Positions 1 to 9,278 of a stretch of DNA of 21,612 nucleotides are shown here, in pieces (the first letter of the stretch is position 1; each line of letters opens with the position of its first letter). Under the pieces are notes generated by a model. That model saw only the letters and a program-made list of their open reading frames with translations. It searched no databases and was not told the origin of the DNA. The DNA comes from Octopus sinensis (taxonomy: Eukaryota), in NCBI RefSeq assembly GCF_006345805.1, contig NW_021823661.1, forward strand, positions 1 through 21,612, in the 5' to 3' direction. Both the position numbers and the translations under genes were made by a program.

Positions 1-52
1 GACGAAATACGGCTACGCATTTCGCCCGGCGTGCTAACGTTTCTGCCAGCTC
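1..52 (-). mobile_element. tRNA-derived SINE family B, 5' head fragment (cut by window edge)
   Basis: GACGAAATACGGCTACGCATTTCGCCCGGCGTGCTAACGTTTCTGCCAGCTC also occurs in the head of the copy at 16606-16838 and nearly so at 15620-15850. Confidence 0.85.
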
Positions 53-589
53 TTTGCTTTTTTAATATTAAATTTCTTGCCTTTTGCACAAATAAATACA
101 ATAAGTGAAATGAAACGCATTAGCTTAGAAACGAAATCGTGTTAGAAGCCTCGTCACTGAGATGCCACTTCTTAATAGCAAACGAAAGCAAGTACTAACA
201 GAATGGAAACATTTTCAATTTATACATGTGGCTTATTAACTAGTTTTAATATATTGTTTATTAGAAGGTGGCTGACTATAGGATCCTGGAACATGAGTAT
301 GTTAAATAATTAGAAGGAGATTTCACGGAGACATGCGGCTTGTTTACATTAAGATGTTTAATACGTCACCAAATTGGTGGTCGAGACGGAGTAAATAAAA
401 TAAAGCCGAATGACGCAATATCATTGGTTAAAATTCTAATTATTAAACAACGTTAAACTTAGAAGTTACAATTCCGTTTTCATTCTGGTTTACAATTAAG
501 TTTACTTTTGACACATTCTACCAGTATACGAAGTTTCAAATTGTTTGGTTCAGTAGGAAAAATTTGAAAAAACTGGCTTCAGAATAGAA

Positions 590-692
590 AAGATCCAAAA
601 AAAGTACTGGGGTCGATTCGTTCGCCTAAAAAGTCTTGAAGGCTGTGCTCCAGTATGACCACAATCTAATAACTGAAATAAGTAGAAGATAA
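590..692 (+). mobile_element. Diverged 3' tail of a family A-like SINE
   Basis: AAGTACTGGGGTCGATTCG...GAAGGCTGTGCTCCAGTATGACCACAATCTAATAACTGAAATAAGTAGAAGA aligns by eye with the family A 3' end (GGCGGTGCTCCAGCATGGCCGCAGTCAAATGACTGAAACAAGTAAAAGA). Confidence 0.65.
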
Positions 693-812
693 TATATATG
701 TGTGTGTAATATGCGTATATACATGCTTATGTATGTGTGTGTTTGTGTATGTATATATTAAAGTGGGCCTACATTAAAGATCGGCTTCTATGAAAGCGAA
801 TCCCATCACACT

Positions 813-1027
813 TTAACCTTTCATCATTCAGATTTACTCTCTCAAATGTAATGCTCATAAATTTACATTATTTTAAATTAATCACGCTTTGATATTTCAA
901 TGATGTGGTTGTTTATTTTTATAATGACATTATAGGGTAGGTGTGAGAAGTCAGATCTGGCAAGTTTAAACTTAAAACAGGTAGAATATTTCGGCTGGAA
1001 TTGGCCGGTTAAAATGCTAAAAGGTTG
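813..1027. mobile_element. Degenerate copy of the piggyBac-type MITE at 12300-12527
   Basis: Colinear similarity to 12304-12523 along its length (e.g. TTTCAATGATGTG.TTGTTTATTTT, GTAGAATAT, TGGCCGGTT). Left TTAA retained; right end decayed. Confidence 0.7.
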
Positions 1028-1321
1028 CGTGCCGTAAAAACATAATAAAAACAGGCGAATGGTTACCTGGTACTGTTACAATTGTTTTGTTTAGAGTTTT
1101 TATTGTGACGGAAATATGGGCACAGCCAGGTATATAGTGTGCACAACATCCATAAGATTATATAACACATTACGGAACTCTCAACTCATCAGGTTTACCA
1201 TATGAACAAATGAGCAGCGATTTGTTGATGAAACAACAGTTCATAAGCAAGTGAAATTTCTAATTAGAATCAAATTTTCAAAAATGTAAGGTGGGTGGGA
1301 CTGCAGACGGTCAATCCAGAA

Positions 1322-1374
1322 GAGGTTGTAAATTATAGAATAATTAATGAGGTTGTAAATTATAGAATAATTAA
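1322..1374. repeat. Local tandem duplication, 26-bp unit x2 (27-bp period)
   Basis: GAGGTTGTAAATTATAGAATAATTAA at 1322-1347 and 1349-1374. Confidence 0.9.
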
Positions 1375-1574
1375 AGGGCATGTCTAATCTAAAAACGTCT
1401 TTAAACTTAGCGGCCTCCAATTCGGTTCAGGTACGTGATGTTGATAAGCCACAAAAATGTCGAAACATTCGATGTCCATCGCACCTGAATGGGATTTGGA
1501 GTGAGTTATCTCGCCTGTCTACGACTTTCAGGTGTTTTAACGCTCGGCGTCAGATTGCAGCCTACTGGCGTGTG

Positions 1575-1715
1575 CAAATTCCGCCGAGGTCGACTTTGCC
1601 TTTCATCCTTTCGAAGGTCGATAAATTAAGTACCAGCTGAGCACTGGCTTTGAAATGTAATCGACTTACTCTTCTCCCAAAATTGCTGGCCTTGTGCCAA
1701 AACCTAAAATCAATA
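1575..1715 (+). mobile_element. 5'-truncated family B-related SINE with a different 3' tail
   Basis: CAAATTCCGCCGAGGTCGACTTTGCCTTTCATCCTTTCG..GGTCGATAAATTAAGTACCAG matches the family B body; the tail (CCCAAAATTGCTGGCCTTGTGCC) differs. Confidence 0.75.
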
Positions 1716-2249
1716 ATTATAATTTCTATCATTCTTAAAATAAGAATTTCTCCACAATTCTACACCCGCCCTACCCAAAGGTAACGTGATACACACCTCG
1801 GAAACCCGGAAGTGTACCCGGTGGTTCTGTAGAATATCGCATGAAACCCCTGGTAACTAATTAAACGTCAAGTCCATATACACCATGTTAAAATAAATTT
1901 GTCACAATAAAGAAAATAAGACACCATCTTGTTTGTTTTTCTTTTCCCAAGAAAAAAGAAAAAGAAAGAAAGATGATCTTCAGATTTCATTTCCCCTTAA
2001 TTTATTTAAAGGTTCACAGCCCCTAATTTGTAAAAAAAAAGAAGGGATCTTATGTCTTTCTGACTCATTGAATATGCTGAGCTCACAACATGACTATCAG
2101 ATGATAATAGAGAACTTTTGTCTTGAATATAGAGATACAATGGCGGCTGTTTGGCTGCTAGCCTCTGGCCCCATGACGTGAACGAGTTTAAACTATGGGT
2201 AGGATCGAGTAGTGGAGGGGGTGCAGATTGTTGTTTAAGATAACGATGG

Positions 2250-2340
2250 GATGATGATGATGATGATGATGATGACGACGATGATAATGGTTGTAGTGGT
2301 GGTGGAGATGGTGGAGATGGTGATGATGGTAGTGAAAGAG
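2250..2340. repeat. (ATG)n/(GTG)n trinucleotide microsatellite
   Basis: Direct reading; source of poly-M/poly-H/poly-S ORFs. Confidence 0.9.
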
Positions 2341-2574
2341 TGTGAGGCAGATATAGGGATGGATAAAAAGACAAGTCATTTAGATAAAACACACACACAT
2401 GCGCAGAGAAATGGTATCACAGTACCACAAGGAAGTGAGATATGACTTGACAAATGGACAGAGAGGCACATTGATAGAAACATAAATAGGGAGACAAACA
2501 GACAGACAGGCAGTGAGATAGAATGCCATATAAGGACATATAAACTGACGGATATAAATTAAAAATGGGCTGGT

Positions 2575-2668
2575 AGTTTATATATATATATGTAGTTTTA
2601 TATATTATATATATATATGTTTTGTGTGTGTATGTGTATATATTATATATTGTGTGTGTGTGTGTATG

Positions 2669-2741
<73 letters not shown>

Positions 2742-2762
2742 GATGTATATATATGTATATAT
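2575..2762. repeat. (TA)n/(TG)n compound microsatellite
   Basis: Direct reading. Confidence 0.9.
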
Positions 2763-2826
2763 TAACAGAATCAGGTAAAAAAAAATCAAGGCTGCGAATA
2801 GTTCTCAGAACATTTATAAAGAGAAA

Positions 2827-2874
2827 GTCTTACAGCTGTTTCCGGGATAGTTTATATATCCCTTCATCAGAGAC
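2827..2874 (-). ncRNA. Minimal type I hammerhead ribozyme with canonical core (PLE-type)
   Basis: Minus strand reads GTCT-CTGATGA-A-GGGATA-TATAAAC-TATCCC-G-GAAAC-AGCT-GTA-AGAC: stem I GTCT/AGAC, core CUGAUGA and GAAA, 6-bp stem II, palindromic stem III ACAGCTGT, GUA triplet. Predicted cut between 2831 and 2830. Confidence 0.8.
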
Positions 2875-3018
2875 GGTGCGAGAAAATGTTTGAGCAATAA
2901 TTATTGTAGAGAAGGTATGAAATACAGAGGAAAGTGAAGGAATGAAAATAGAATTGATATACGTAAGGATATTGTAGTTGCAGTTCCATTATTTAAGCAG
3001 AATGGTGTATATAGGTAG

Positions 3019-3391
3019 GAACACTCCGTCGGTTACGACGAAGAGGGTTCCGGTTGATCCGATCAACGGAACAGCCTGCTCGTGAAATTAACGTGTAAGT
3101 GGCTGAGCACTCCACAGACACGTGTACCCTTAACATAGTTCTCGGGGATATTCAGCGTGACACAGAGAGTGACAAGGCCGGCCTTTTGAAATACAGGTAC
3201 ACACAGAAACAGGAGTAAGAGGAGAGAAAGTTGTGGTGAAAGAGTACAGCAGGGATCACCACCATCCCCTGCCGGAGCCTTGTGGAGCTTTAGGCGTTTT
3301 CGCTCAATAAACACTCCCCGGTTTGGGAATCGAAACCGCGATCCTACGACCGCGAGTCCGCTGCCCTAACCACTGGCCATTGCGCCTCCAC
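3019..3391 (-). mobile_element. tRNA(Arg)-like SINE family C, full length
   Basis: Minus-strand head GTGGAGGCGCAATGGCCAGTGGTTAGGGCAGCGGACTCGCGG...GGTTTCGATTCCC with A- and B-box-like motifs; close paralogue at 4320-4703; imperfect TSD-like GGTGTATA(TA)TAGGT at 3004-3016 and 3395-3409. Confidence 0.85.
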
Positions 3392-3691
3392 AAAGGTGTA
3401 TATATAGGTTTCCTGTACCTTGTGTGTGAGAAAAAAGAGGCAGTCAGAATTTGGGATAATTCTTTATTAGCGATTTCGTTCGTTTAGTAAGTTTGCTGTG
3501 TTTACGATATTCGGACGTGTGTTTGGTGTTTGTCTGGATTTAATGAGCAGATTGCAGTAATCCGTGGGTTATCTGTTGTGTTATGAGCCTATCAGCATGT
3601 ATCCACCAACAAAACATAGATACATGCATCCCGTATACATACAGATACAAACGTTCATACATACATGCACACATACACATCTGTACGTATA

Positions 3692-4270
3692 TATTTCTTT
3701 ACTGCCCACAAGGGGCTAAACATAGAGGGGACAAACAAGGACAGACAAACGGATTAAGTCGAAACTGGTACTTTATTTATCGACCGCGAAAGGATGAAAG
3801 GCAAAGTCGACCTCGGTGGAATTTGAACTCAGAACGTAACGACAGACGAAATACCTATTTCTTTATTACCCACAAGGGGCTAAACACAGAGGGGACAAAC
3901 AAGGACAGACAAACGGATTAAGTCGATTACATCGACCCCAGTGCGAAACTGGTACTTTATTTATCGACCCCGAAAGGATGAAAGGCAAAGTCGACCTCGG
4001 CGGAATTTGAACTCAGAACGTAACGACAGACGAAATACCTATTTCTTTATTACCCACAAGGGGCTAAACACAGAGGGGACAAACAAGGACAGACATAGGT
4101 ATTAAGTCGATTACATCGACCCCAGTGCGTAACTGGTACTTAATTTATCGACCCCGAAAGGATGAAAGGCAAAGTCGACCTCGGCGGAATTTGAACTCAG
4201 AACGTAACGACAGACGAAATACCGCTAAGCATTTCGCCCGGCGCGCTAACGTTTCTGCCAGCTCGCCGCC
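3692..4270 (-). mobile_element. SINE family B head-to-tail trimer (one full unit plus two head-less units)
   Basis: Units 3692-3855 (internal deletion), 3856-4039 (184 bp) and 4040-4270 (with head GGCGGCGAGCTGGCAGAAACGTTAGC); both junctions read GACGAAATACC|TATTTCTTTATTACCCAC. Confidence 0.9.
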
Positions 4271-4319
4271 TTAGACATCTATATGTATAAATACATTCAT
4301 ACATACACATTTATATATT

Positions 4320-4703
4320 GGAAGCAATCCGTCGGTTACGACGACGAGGGTTCCGGTTGATCCGAATCAACGGAACAGCCTGCTCGTGAAATTAGCGTGT
4401 AAGTGGCTGAGCATTCCACAGACACGTGTACCCTTAACGTAGTTCTCGGGGATATTCAGCGTGACACAGAGAGTGACAAGGCCGGCCCTTTGAAATACAG
4501 GTACAACAGAAACAAGAAGTAAGAGTGAGAGAAAGTTGTGGTGAAAGAGTACAGCAGGGATCACCACCATCCTCTGCCGGAGCCTCGTGGAGCTTTAGGT
4601 GTTTTCGCTCAATAAACACTCACAACGCCCGGTCTGGGAATCGAAACCGCGATCCTATGACCGCAAGTCCGCTGCCCTAACCACTGGGCCATTGCGCCTC
4701 CAC
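4320..4703 (-). mobile_element. tRNA(Arg)-like SINE family C, full length
   Basis: Colinear with 3019-3391; the ORF track shows near-identical spurious peptides from both copies. Confidence 0.85.
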
Positions 4704-4997
4704 ACACATGTATAGAGTGTTTGGAGTGATGTACAGATATTGTATATTGAGAAAAAGGAGGCGGTCAGAATTTTGGATAATCCTGTATTAGGCCTTCCTT
4801 TATTTTTTCGTACTCATCGAGACAAAATCAATATCAAAATGATTTAATCTCGTCTTGACAATTTCAATAAACGAACGAAATCGCTAATAAAGTATTTGTC
4901 TCAAATGTTTCGTGAGTAGTGGTAGACCGAAAACAGTCGTAAACATTCATTCCCTCCTTGGAGGCCGATCCGTGTTCTTTGTACAAAAAGATGAGTC

Positions 4998-5396
4998 TTA
5001 CTTACTCTTTACTCTTTTTGTTTCAGTCATTTGACTGCGGCCATGCTGGAGCACCGCCTTTAATCGAGCAACTCGACCCCGGGACTTATTCTTTTGTAAG
5101 CCCAGTACTTACTCTATCGGTCTCTTTTGCCGAACCGCTAAGTAACGGGGACATAAACACACCAGCATCGGCTGTCAAGCAATGCTAGGGGGACAAACAC
5201 AGACACACAAACACACATAGATATATATACATATATACGACGGGCTTCTTTCAGTTTCTGTCTACCAAATCCACTCACAAGGCTTTGGTCGGCCCGAGGC
5301 TATAGTAGAAGACACTTGCCCAAGGTGCCACGCAGTGGGACTGAACCCGGAACCATGTGGTTGGTAAACAAGCTACTTACCACACAGCCACGCCTG
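4998..5396 (-). mobile_element. tRNA-derived SINE family A (copy A1)
   Basis: Reverse complement of the element at 6306-6710: tRNA-like head, CCTTGGGCAAGTGTCTTC segment, internal TA/TG tract, (GAGTAA)-type tail. Confidence 0.9.
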
Positions 5397-5557
5397 TGTA
5401 AAAAAAAAAACAATAACTGCAGCTAGAATACAGTCGATGGGGAGTGATTGTGTGAGGGGGTAACATCTAGTTAAGATGGGATATCCCACGAGTTTTATGG
5501 ATACATATCATGCTTGTTAGCTTCTCTCTTGGTAGGTATCTAACATAACTAGCAACA

Positions 5558-5855
5558 GACGCAGGAGTGGCTGTGTGGTAAGTAGCTTGCTTACCAACCA
5601 CATGGTTCCGGGTTCAGTCCCACTGCGTGGCACCTTGGGCAAGTGTCTTCTACTATAGCCTCGGGCCGACCAAAGCCTTGTGAGTGGATTTGGCAAACGG
5701 AAACTGAAAGTAGCCCGTCGTATATATGTATATATATAATATATATAATATATATATATACGACGGGCTTCTTTCAGTTTCCGTTGCCAAATCCACTCAT
5801 ATATATATTATATATATAATATGTGTGTGTGTGTGGTGTGGTGTTTGTTGTGTGT

Positions 5856-5896
<41 letters not shown>

Positions 5897-6117
5897 ATTT
5901 TCTGTGTCTGTTTTTGTCCCCCTAGCATTGCTTGACAACCGATGCTGGCGTGTTTATGTCCCCGTCACTTAGCGGTTCGGCAAAACAGACCGATAGAATA
6001 AGTACTGGGCTTACAAAGAAAAAGTCCTGGGGTCGAGTTGCTCGACTAAAGGCGGTGCTCCAGCATGGCCGCAGTCAACTGACTGAAACAAGTAAAAGAG
6101 TAAAGAGAGAGAGAGAG
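5558..6117 (+). mobile_element. SINE family A (copy A2) with an internal inverted duplication
   Basis: A-box-like TGGCTGTGTGG and B-box-like GGTTCAGTCCC, same body and tail as 6306-6710; extra fold-back at 5681-5799. Confidence 0.9.
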
Positions 6118-6305
6118 ACAGGAAACGTTCACATCTGTGTTAGCGGGAAATGGTGGGGCTGGTGAGGAAACATGCAAACAAGGCGGGGAGGGCATCGTCG
6201 AAAATCTCTGGTTTATAACTCTGTTGAATGCAAAGATTATGATTTTGGCTTAAGTGCTTGCAAAGAGGTTGGCGTTTGGCAGGAATGTAGTCAAGAGCGA
6301 GAAGA

Positions 6306-6710
6306 GGCGCAGGAGTGGCTGTGTGGTAAGTAGCTTGCTAACCAACCACATGGCTCCGGGTTCAGTCCCACTGCGTGGCATCTTGGGCAAGTGTCTTCTG
6401 CTATAGCCCCGGGCCGACCAATGCCTTGTGAGTGGATTTGGTAGACGGAAACTGAAAGAAGCCTGTCGTATATATGTATGTATGTGTGTGTGTGTGTGTG
6501 TGTGTTTGTCCCCCTAGCATTGCTTGACAACCGATGCTGGTGTGTTTACGTCCCCGTCACTTAGCGGTTCGGCAAAAGAGACCGATAGAATAAGTACTGG
6601 GCTTACAAAGAATAAGTCCCGGGGTCGAGTTGCTCGACTAAAGGCGGTGCTCCAGCATGGCCGCAGTCAAATGACTGAAACAAGTAAAAGAGTAAAAGAG
6701 TAAAAGAGTA
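6306..6710 (+). mobile_element. SINE family A (copy A3), full length
   Basis: GGCGCAGGAGTGGCTGTGTGG head to (AAAGAGT)n tail; flanked by AAGA at 6302-6305 and 6711-6714 (short TSD). Confidence 0.9.
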
Positions 6711-6992
6711 AAGACTTGCGCAATTAGCGATAATATTTATCTCATGCGATATAGTGCAGAGAGGATGGGTGATAAATCCGTTGGGCTTTCATCCAGTTTG
6801 ATAAATCCAAAACATGTGAATATGATCGCCCATCGGTATTTAGTAGCGCTCCTCAATGCAGCCGGTGTTCGTTTTTCAAAGACTGGGCCGCTTCAATGTC
6901 CAATGGTACCTGTTCGATTATAAGGCTAGATGGCCACTATTAGAACCGTTTTGATTCATAGTCTCGGTCCAGGAGCAGCACTATAAAAGCAA

Positions 6993-7299
6993 GTGGAGGC
7001 ACATGGCCTAGTGGTTAGAGCAGCGGACTCGCGGTCGAGGGATTGCAGGTTCGAATCTCAGACCTGGCGATGTGTGTGTTTATGAGCGAAACACCAAAGC
7101 TCCACGCGGCTCCGGTAGAAGGTAATGGTGAACTTCTGCTGACTCTTTCGCCACAACTTTCTCTCACTCTTTCCTCCTGCATCTTGGAGTTCACTTGCGA
7201 CGGACCGGCGTCCCGTCCAGGTGGGAAACCTATATGCCAAGGAAACCGGGAAACCGGCCCTAATGAGCCAGGCATGGCTCGAGAAGGAAAGAAGAAGGA
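6993..7299 (+). mobile_element. Chimeric tRNA-derived SINE (family C head, different 3' tail) with 13-bp TSD
   Basis: A-box TGGCCTAGTGG (7004-7014), B-box GGTTCGAATCT (7048-7058); TSD ACTATAAAAGCAA at 6980-6992 and 7300-7312; 3' stem-loop GAGCCA-GGCA-TGGCTC (7265-7280) and GAA-rich tail. Confidence 0.85.
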
Positions 7300-7779
7300 A
7301 CTATAAAAGCAAACGTTGACTAGACTTGCAGCTGGGCACCTGGAGAAGACATCCTGTGTTAGTCAATGTAGAAAATTAACTATGTAGGAGGTTCTGTTAA
7401 CAGACTTGATGAAGGGAGGCGGGTTCGAACTACATGCTGAGACGGCTAGGAACTGGGACGACGTTATGAGCAGAAACGCTAGTCTCATTCAGAAATGGAT
7501 CCAGCGGAAGATATCGCGGAAATTTTTTGGACAGTTATGGCGAACGCGTTAATCAGCCCCGGTTATTTGTTACCGTCTGACCGTTGTATCTTAACCAGTT
7601 ATCGTCTGATCAGATTGGAGCATCCGATGTTTCGCATCTTGCCGAAGAGACGCATTGTAATATGGTCAAGCGGGCCATCTGTTGTCAAAACCCTGTCTGC
7701 GGAAGGCTTGGAATACCGTAGTTGATTCTCAGACAAGTGCTGAGATTTCTGGACAGACAACAAAACAAATAATAATAAT

Positions 7780-7991
7780 AAAATATTCAGACAAATACAT
7801 AACAAAAACACCAGGACTTACAAATATATACAACACACAGAAAATTGCAGTACTGGGCGCTGCACACATCCTACGCAAAACACTTTCAATACAGTAACCA
7901 TAAGAGCATCACAACAAACCACAGCACATACCCAAGACACACAGAGCTGCGCTTGGTAGTGAAGTGAAAGCACGATATAAAAATAAAACTA

Positions 7992-7994
<3 letters not shown>
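7780..7994 (+). mobile_element. R4/Dong-clade non-LTR retrotransposon 3' fragment (ORF C-terminus plus 3' UTR)
   Basis: Encodes KYSDKYITKTPGLTNIYNTQKIAVLGAAHILRKTLSIQ*, resembling the QKxAxLGTAxILR end of RLE-type LINEs; preceded by (AAT)4 and followed by about 20 AAT units. Confidence 0.7.

Positions 7995-8056
<62 letters not shown>
7995..8056. repeat. (AAT)n microsatellite
   Basis: Direct reading. Confidence 0.95.
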
Positions 8057-8057
<1 letters not shown>

Positions 8058-8420
8058 GCTACCATACTCTGGGATATGCCAATAAACACAGAATTTAAAG
8101 CTAATAGGCCGGATATAGTTATCAGAGATTACCAAAAAAAAATGCTTTCTAATCGATGTCTCAATACCAACAGATGACAATGTTTTTCTAAAAGAAACGG
8201 AGAAACTTTCAAACTACAAAAATAGAGGTAACTCGAATGTGGAGTCTAAAAACAGAAACGATTCCTATCATAGTAGGTGCATTAGGTATGATAAAAAAAA
8301 CATTCAGACAAATACATAACAAAAAAGAAAACAGGACTTACAAGTGTATATAACATACAAAAAATAGCACTACTAGACACCGCACACATCCTACGTAAAA
8401 CACTTTCAATACCCAAGGCA
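8055..8420 (+). mobile_element. Second R4/Dong-clade fragment with restriction-like endonuclease motif, frameshifted
   Basis: ILWDMPI..KANRPDIV..LIDVSIPTDDNV..KETEKL..IEVTRMWSLKTETIPIIVGALGMIK..IQKIALLDTAHILRKTLS, a PD..D(xxxP) RLE signature; 3' part paralogous to 7780-7900. Confidence 0.75.
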
Positions 8421-8431
8421 GCATGCTAACG

Positions 8432-8638
8432 ACTCTTTTATTCTTTTACTTGTTTCAGTCATTTTACTGTGGTCATGCTGGAGCACCGCCTTTAGTCGAG
8501 CAAATCGAAACCAGGGCTTATTATTTGTAAGCCAAGTACTTATTATATCGGTCTATTTTACCGAAAAGCTAAGTTACGGGCATGTAAACACACCAGCATC
8601 AGTTGTCAAGCGATGTTGGGGAGACAAACACAGATACA

Positions 8639-8734
<96 letters not shown>

Positions 8735-8892
8735 TACGACGGGCTCCTTTCAGTTTCCGTCTACCAAATCCACTCACAAGGCATTGGTCGGCCCGAGGCT
8801 ATAGTAGAAGACACTTGCCCAAGGTGCCACGCAGTGGGACTGAACCCGAAACTATGTGGTTGGTTAGCAAGCTACTTACCACATAGCCACTC
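8432..8892 (-). mobile_element. SINE family A (copy A4) with expanded internal (CA)n(TA)n
   Basis: Reverse complement of the family A sequence seen at 6306-6710. Confidence 0.9.
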
Positions 8893-9278
8893 AAAGACGA
8901 GTCCTTTGAAATTATTCCTACCAAATCTCATTAAATGACATGAATTGCCCCACGATGGTAGTCTTTAACTATATTAGAGTCGCTTTGGGTATCAACGGGG
9001 AGTTTTTTTTTAAAGTCAAACCATTAAGACACTGAAAACAAAGGACACGGGTGTACAGTAAAGCAAATGGATAAAAACCCGGTACTCTTATTAGAGGCAG
9101 TGATTAATTGAAATAGCCATCTATGTATCATACTTAATGTATATACACCGTCGATAGGCCAGTTACTACAGTATTTGTCCCGAGATAACATCTCTTACGG
9201 ACTGGCTTTGTTAAAAATGCAAATACATCAGAGGGAGACGGAAATGAATAAAAGATTGATAATTAAACTGAAAGTTAC

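Larger units (their letters stand above)
2763..3590 (-). mobile_element. Probable Penelope-like element terminal remnant, interrupted by a SINE at 3019-3391
   Basis: Carries the HHR at 2874-2827, a motif typical of PLE terminal repeats. A degraded minus-strand frame near 3590-3440 (..EYRKHSKLTKRTKSLIKNYPKF*) could be an ORF C-terminus, which is only a weak resemblance. Boundaries uncertain. Confidence 0.4.
6118..7755 (+). pseudogene. Degraded L1/Tx1-clade LINE reverse transcriptase fragment, split by SINEs at 6306-6710 and 6993-7299
   Basis: Frameshifted peptides resembling L1/Tx1 ORF2: ITLLNAKIMILA*VLAKRLA (cf. RPITLLNxDxKILAKVLAxRL), TCAI..SDNIYLMRY, HRYLVALLNAAG, LQLGTWR, NWDDVMSRNASLIQKW, MVKRAICCQNPVCGRLGIP. 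Recognised from memory of family motifs, not by search. Confidence 0.7.

Noticed and set aside
2006-2398. 130-aa minus-strand ORF as the gene's last exon
   Set aside because: Partly built from a trinucleotide microsatellite, no LRR or other domain, and no acceptor at its start. Cannot be fully excluded without RNA data.
3063-3314. Duplicated ORFs here and at 4367-4619 and 7015-7306 suggesting a small gene family
   Set aside because: They lie wholly within family C SINE copies.
3692-4270. Regularly spaced direct repeats resembling a CRISPR array
   Set aside because: Units are ~184-bp SINE bodies without unique spacers, in a eukaryotic context with no cas genes.
4904-4947. Plus-strand hammerhead-like motif (AATGTT..GAAAACAGTCGTA-AACATT)
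   Set aside because: Stem I closes, but the core reads TCGTGA and stem II barely pairs; at most a dead relic.
6993-7065. tRNA-like sequence (and similar heads in SINE families A, B and C)
   Set aside because: A/B boxes are present but the acceptor stem does not close and the sequence continues into a SINE body with TSD; not tRNA genes.
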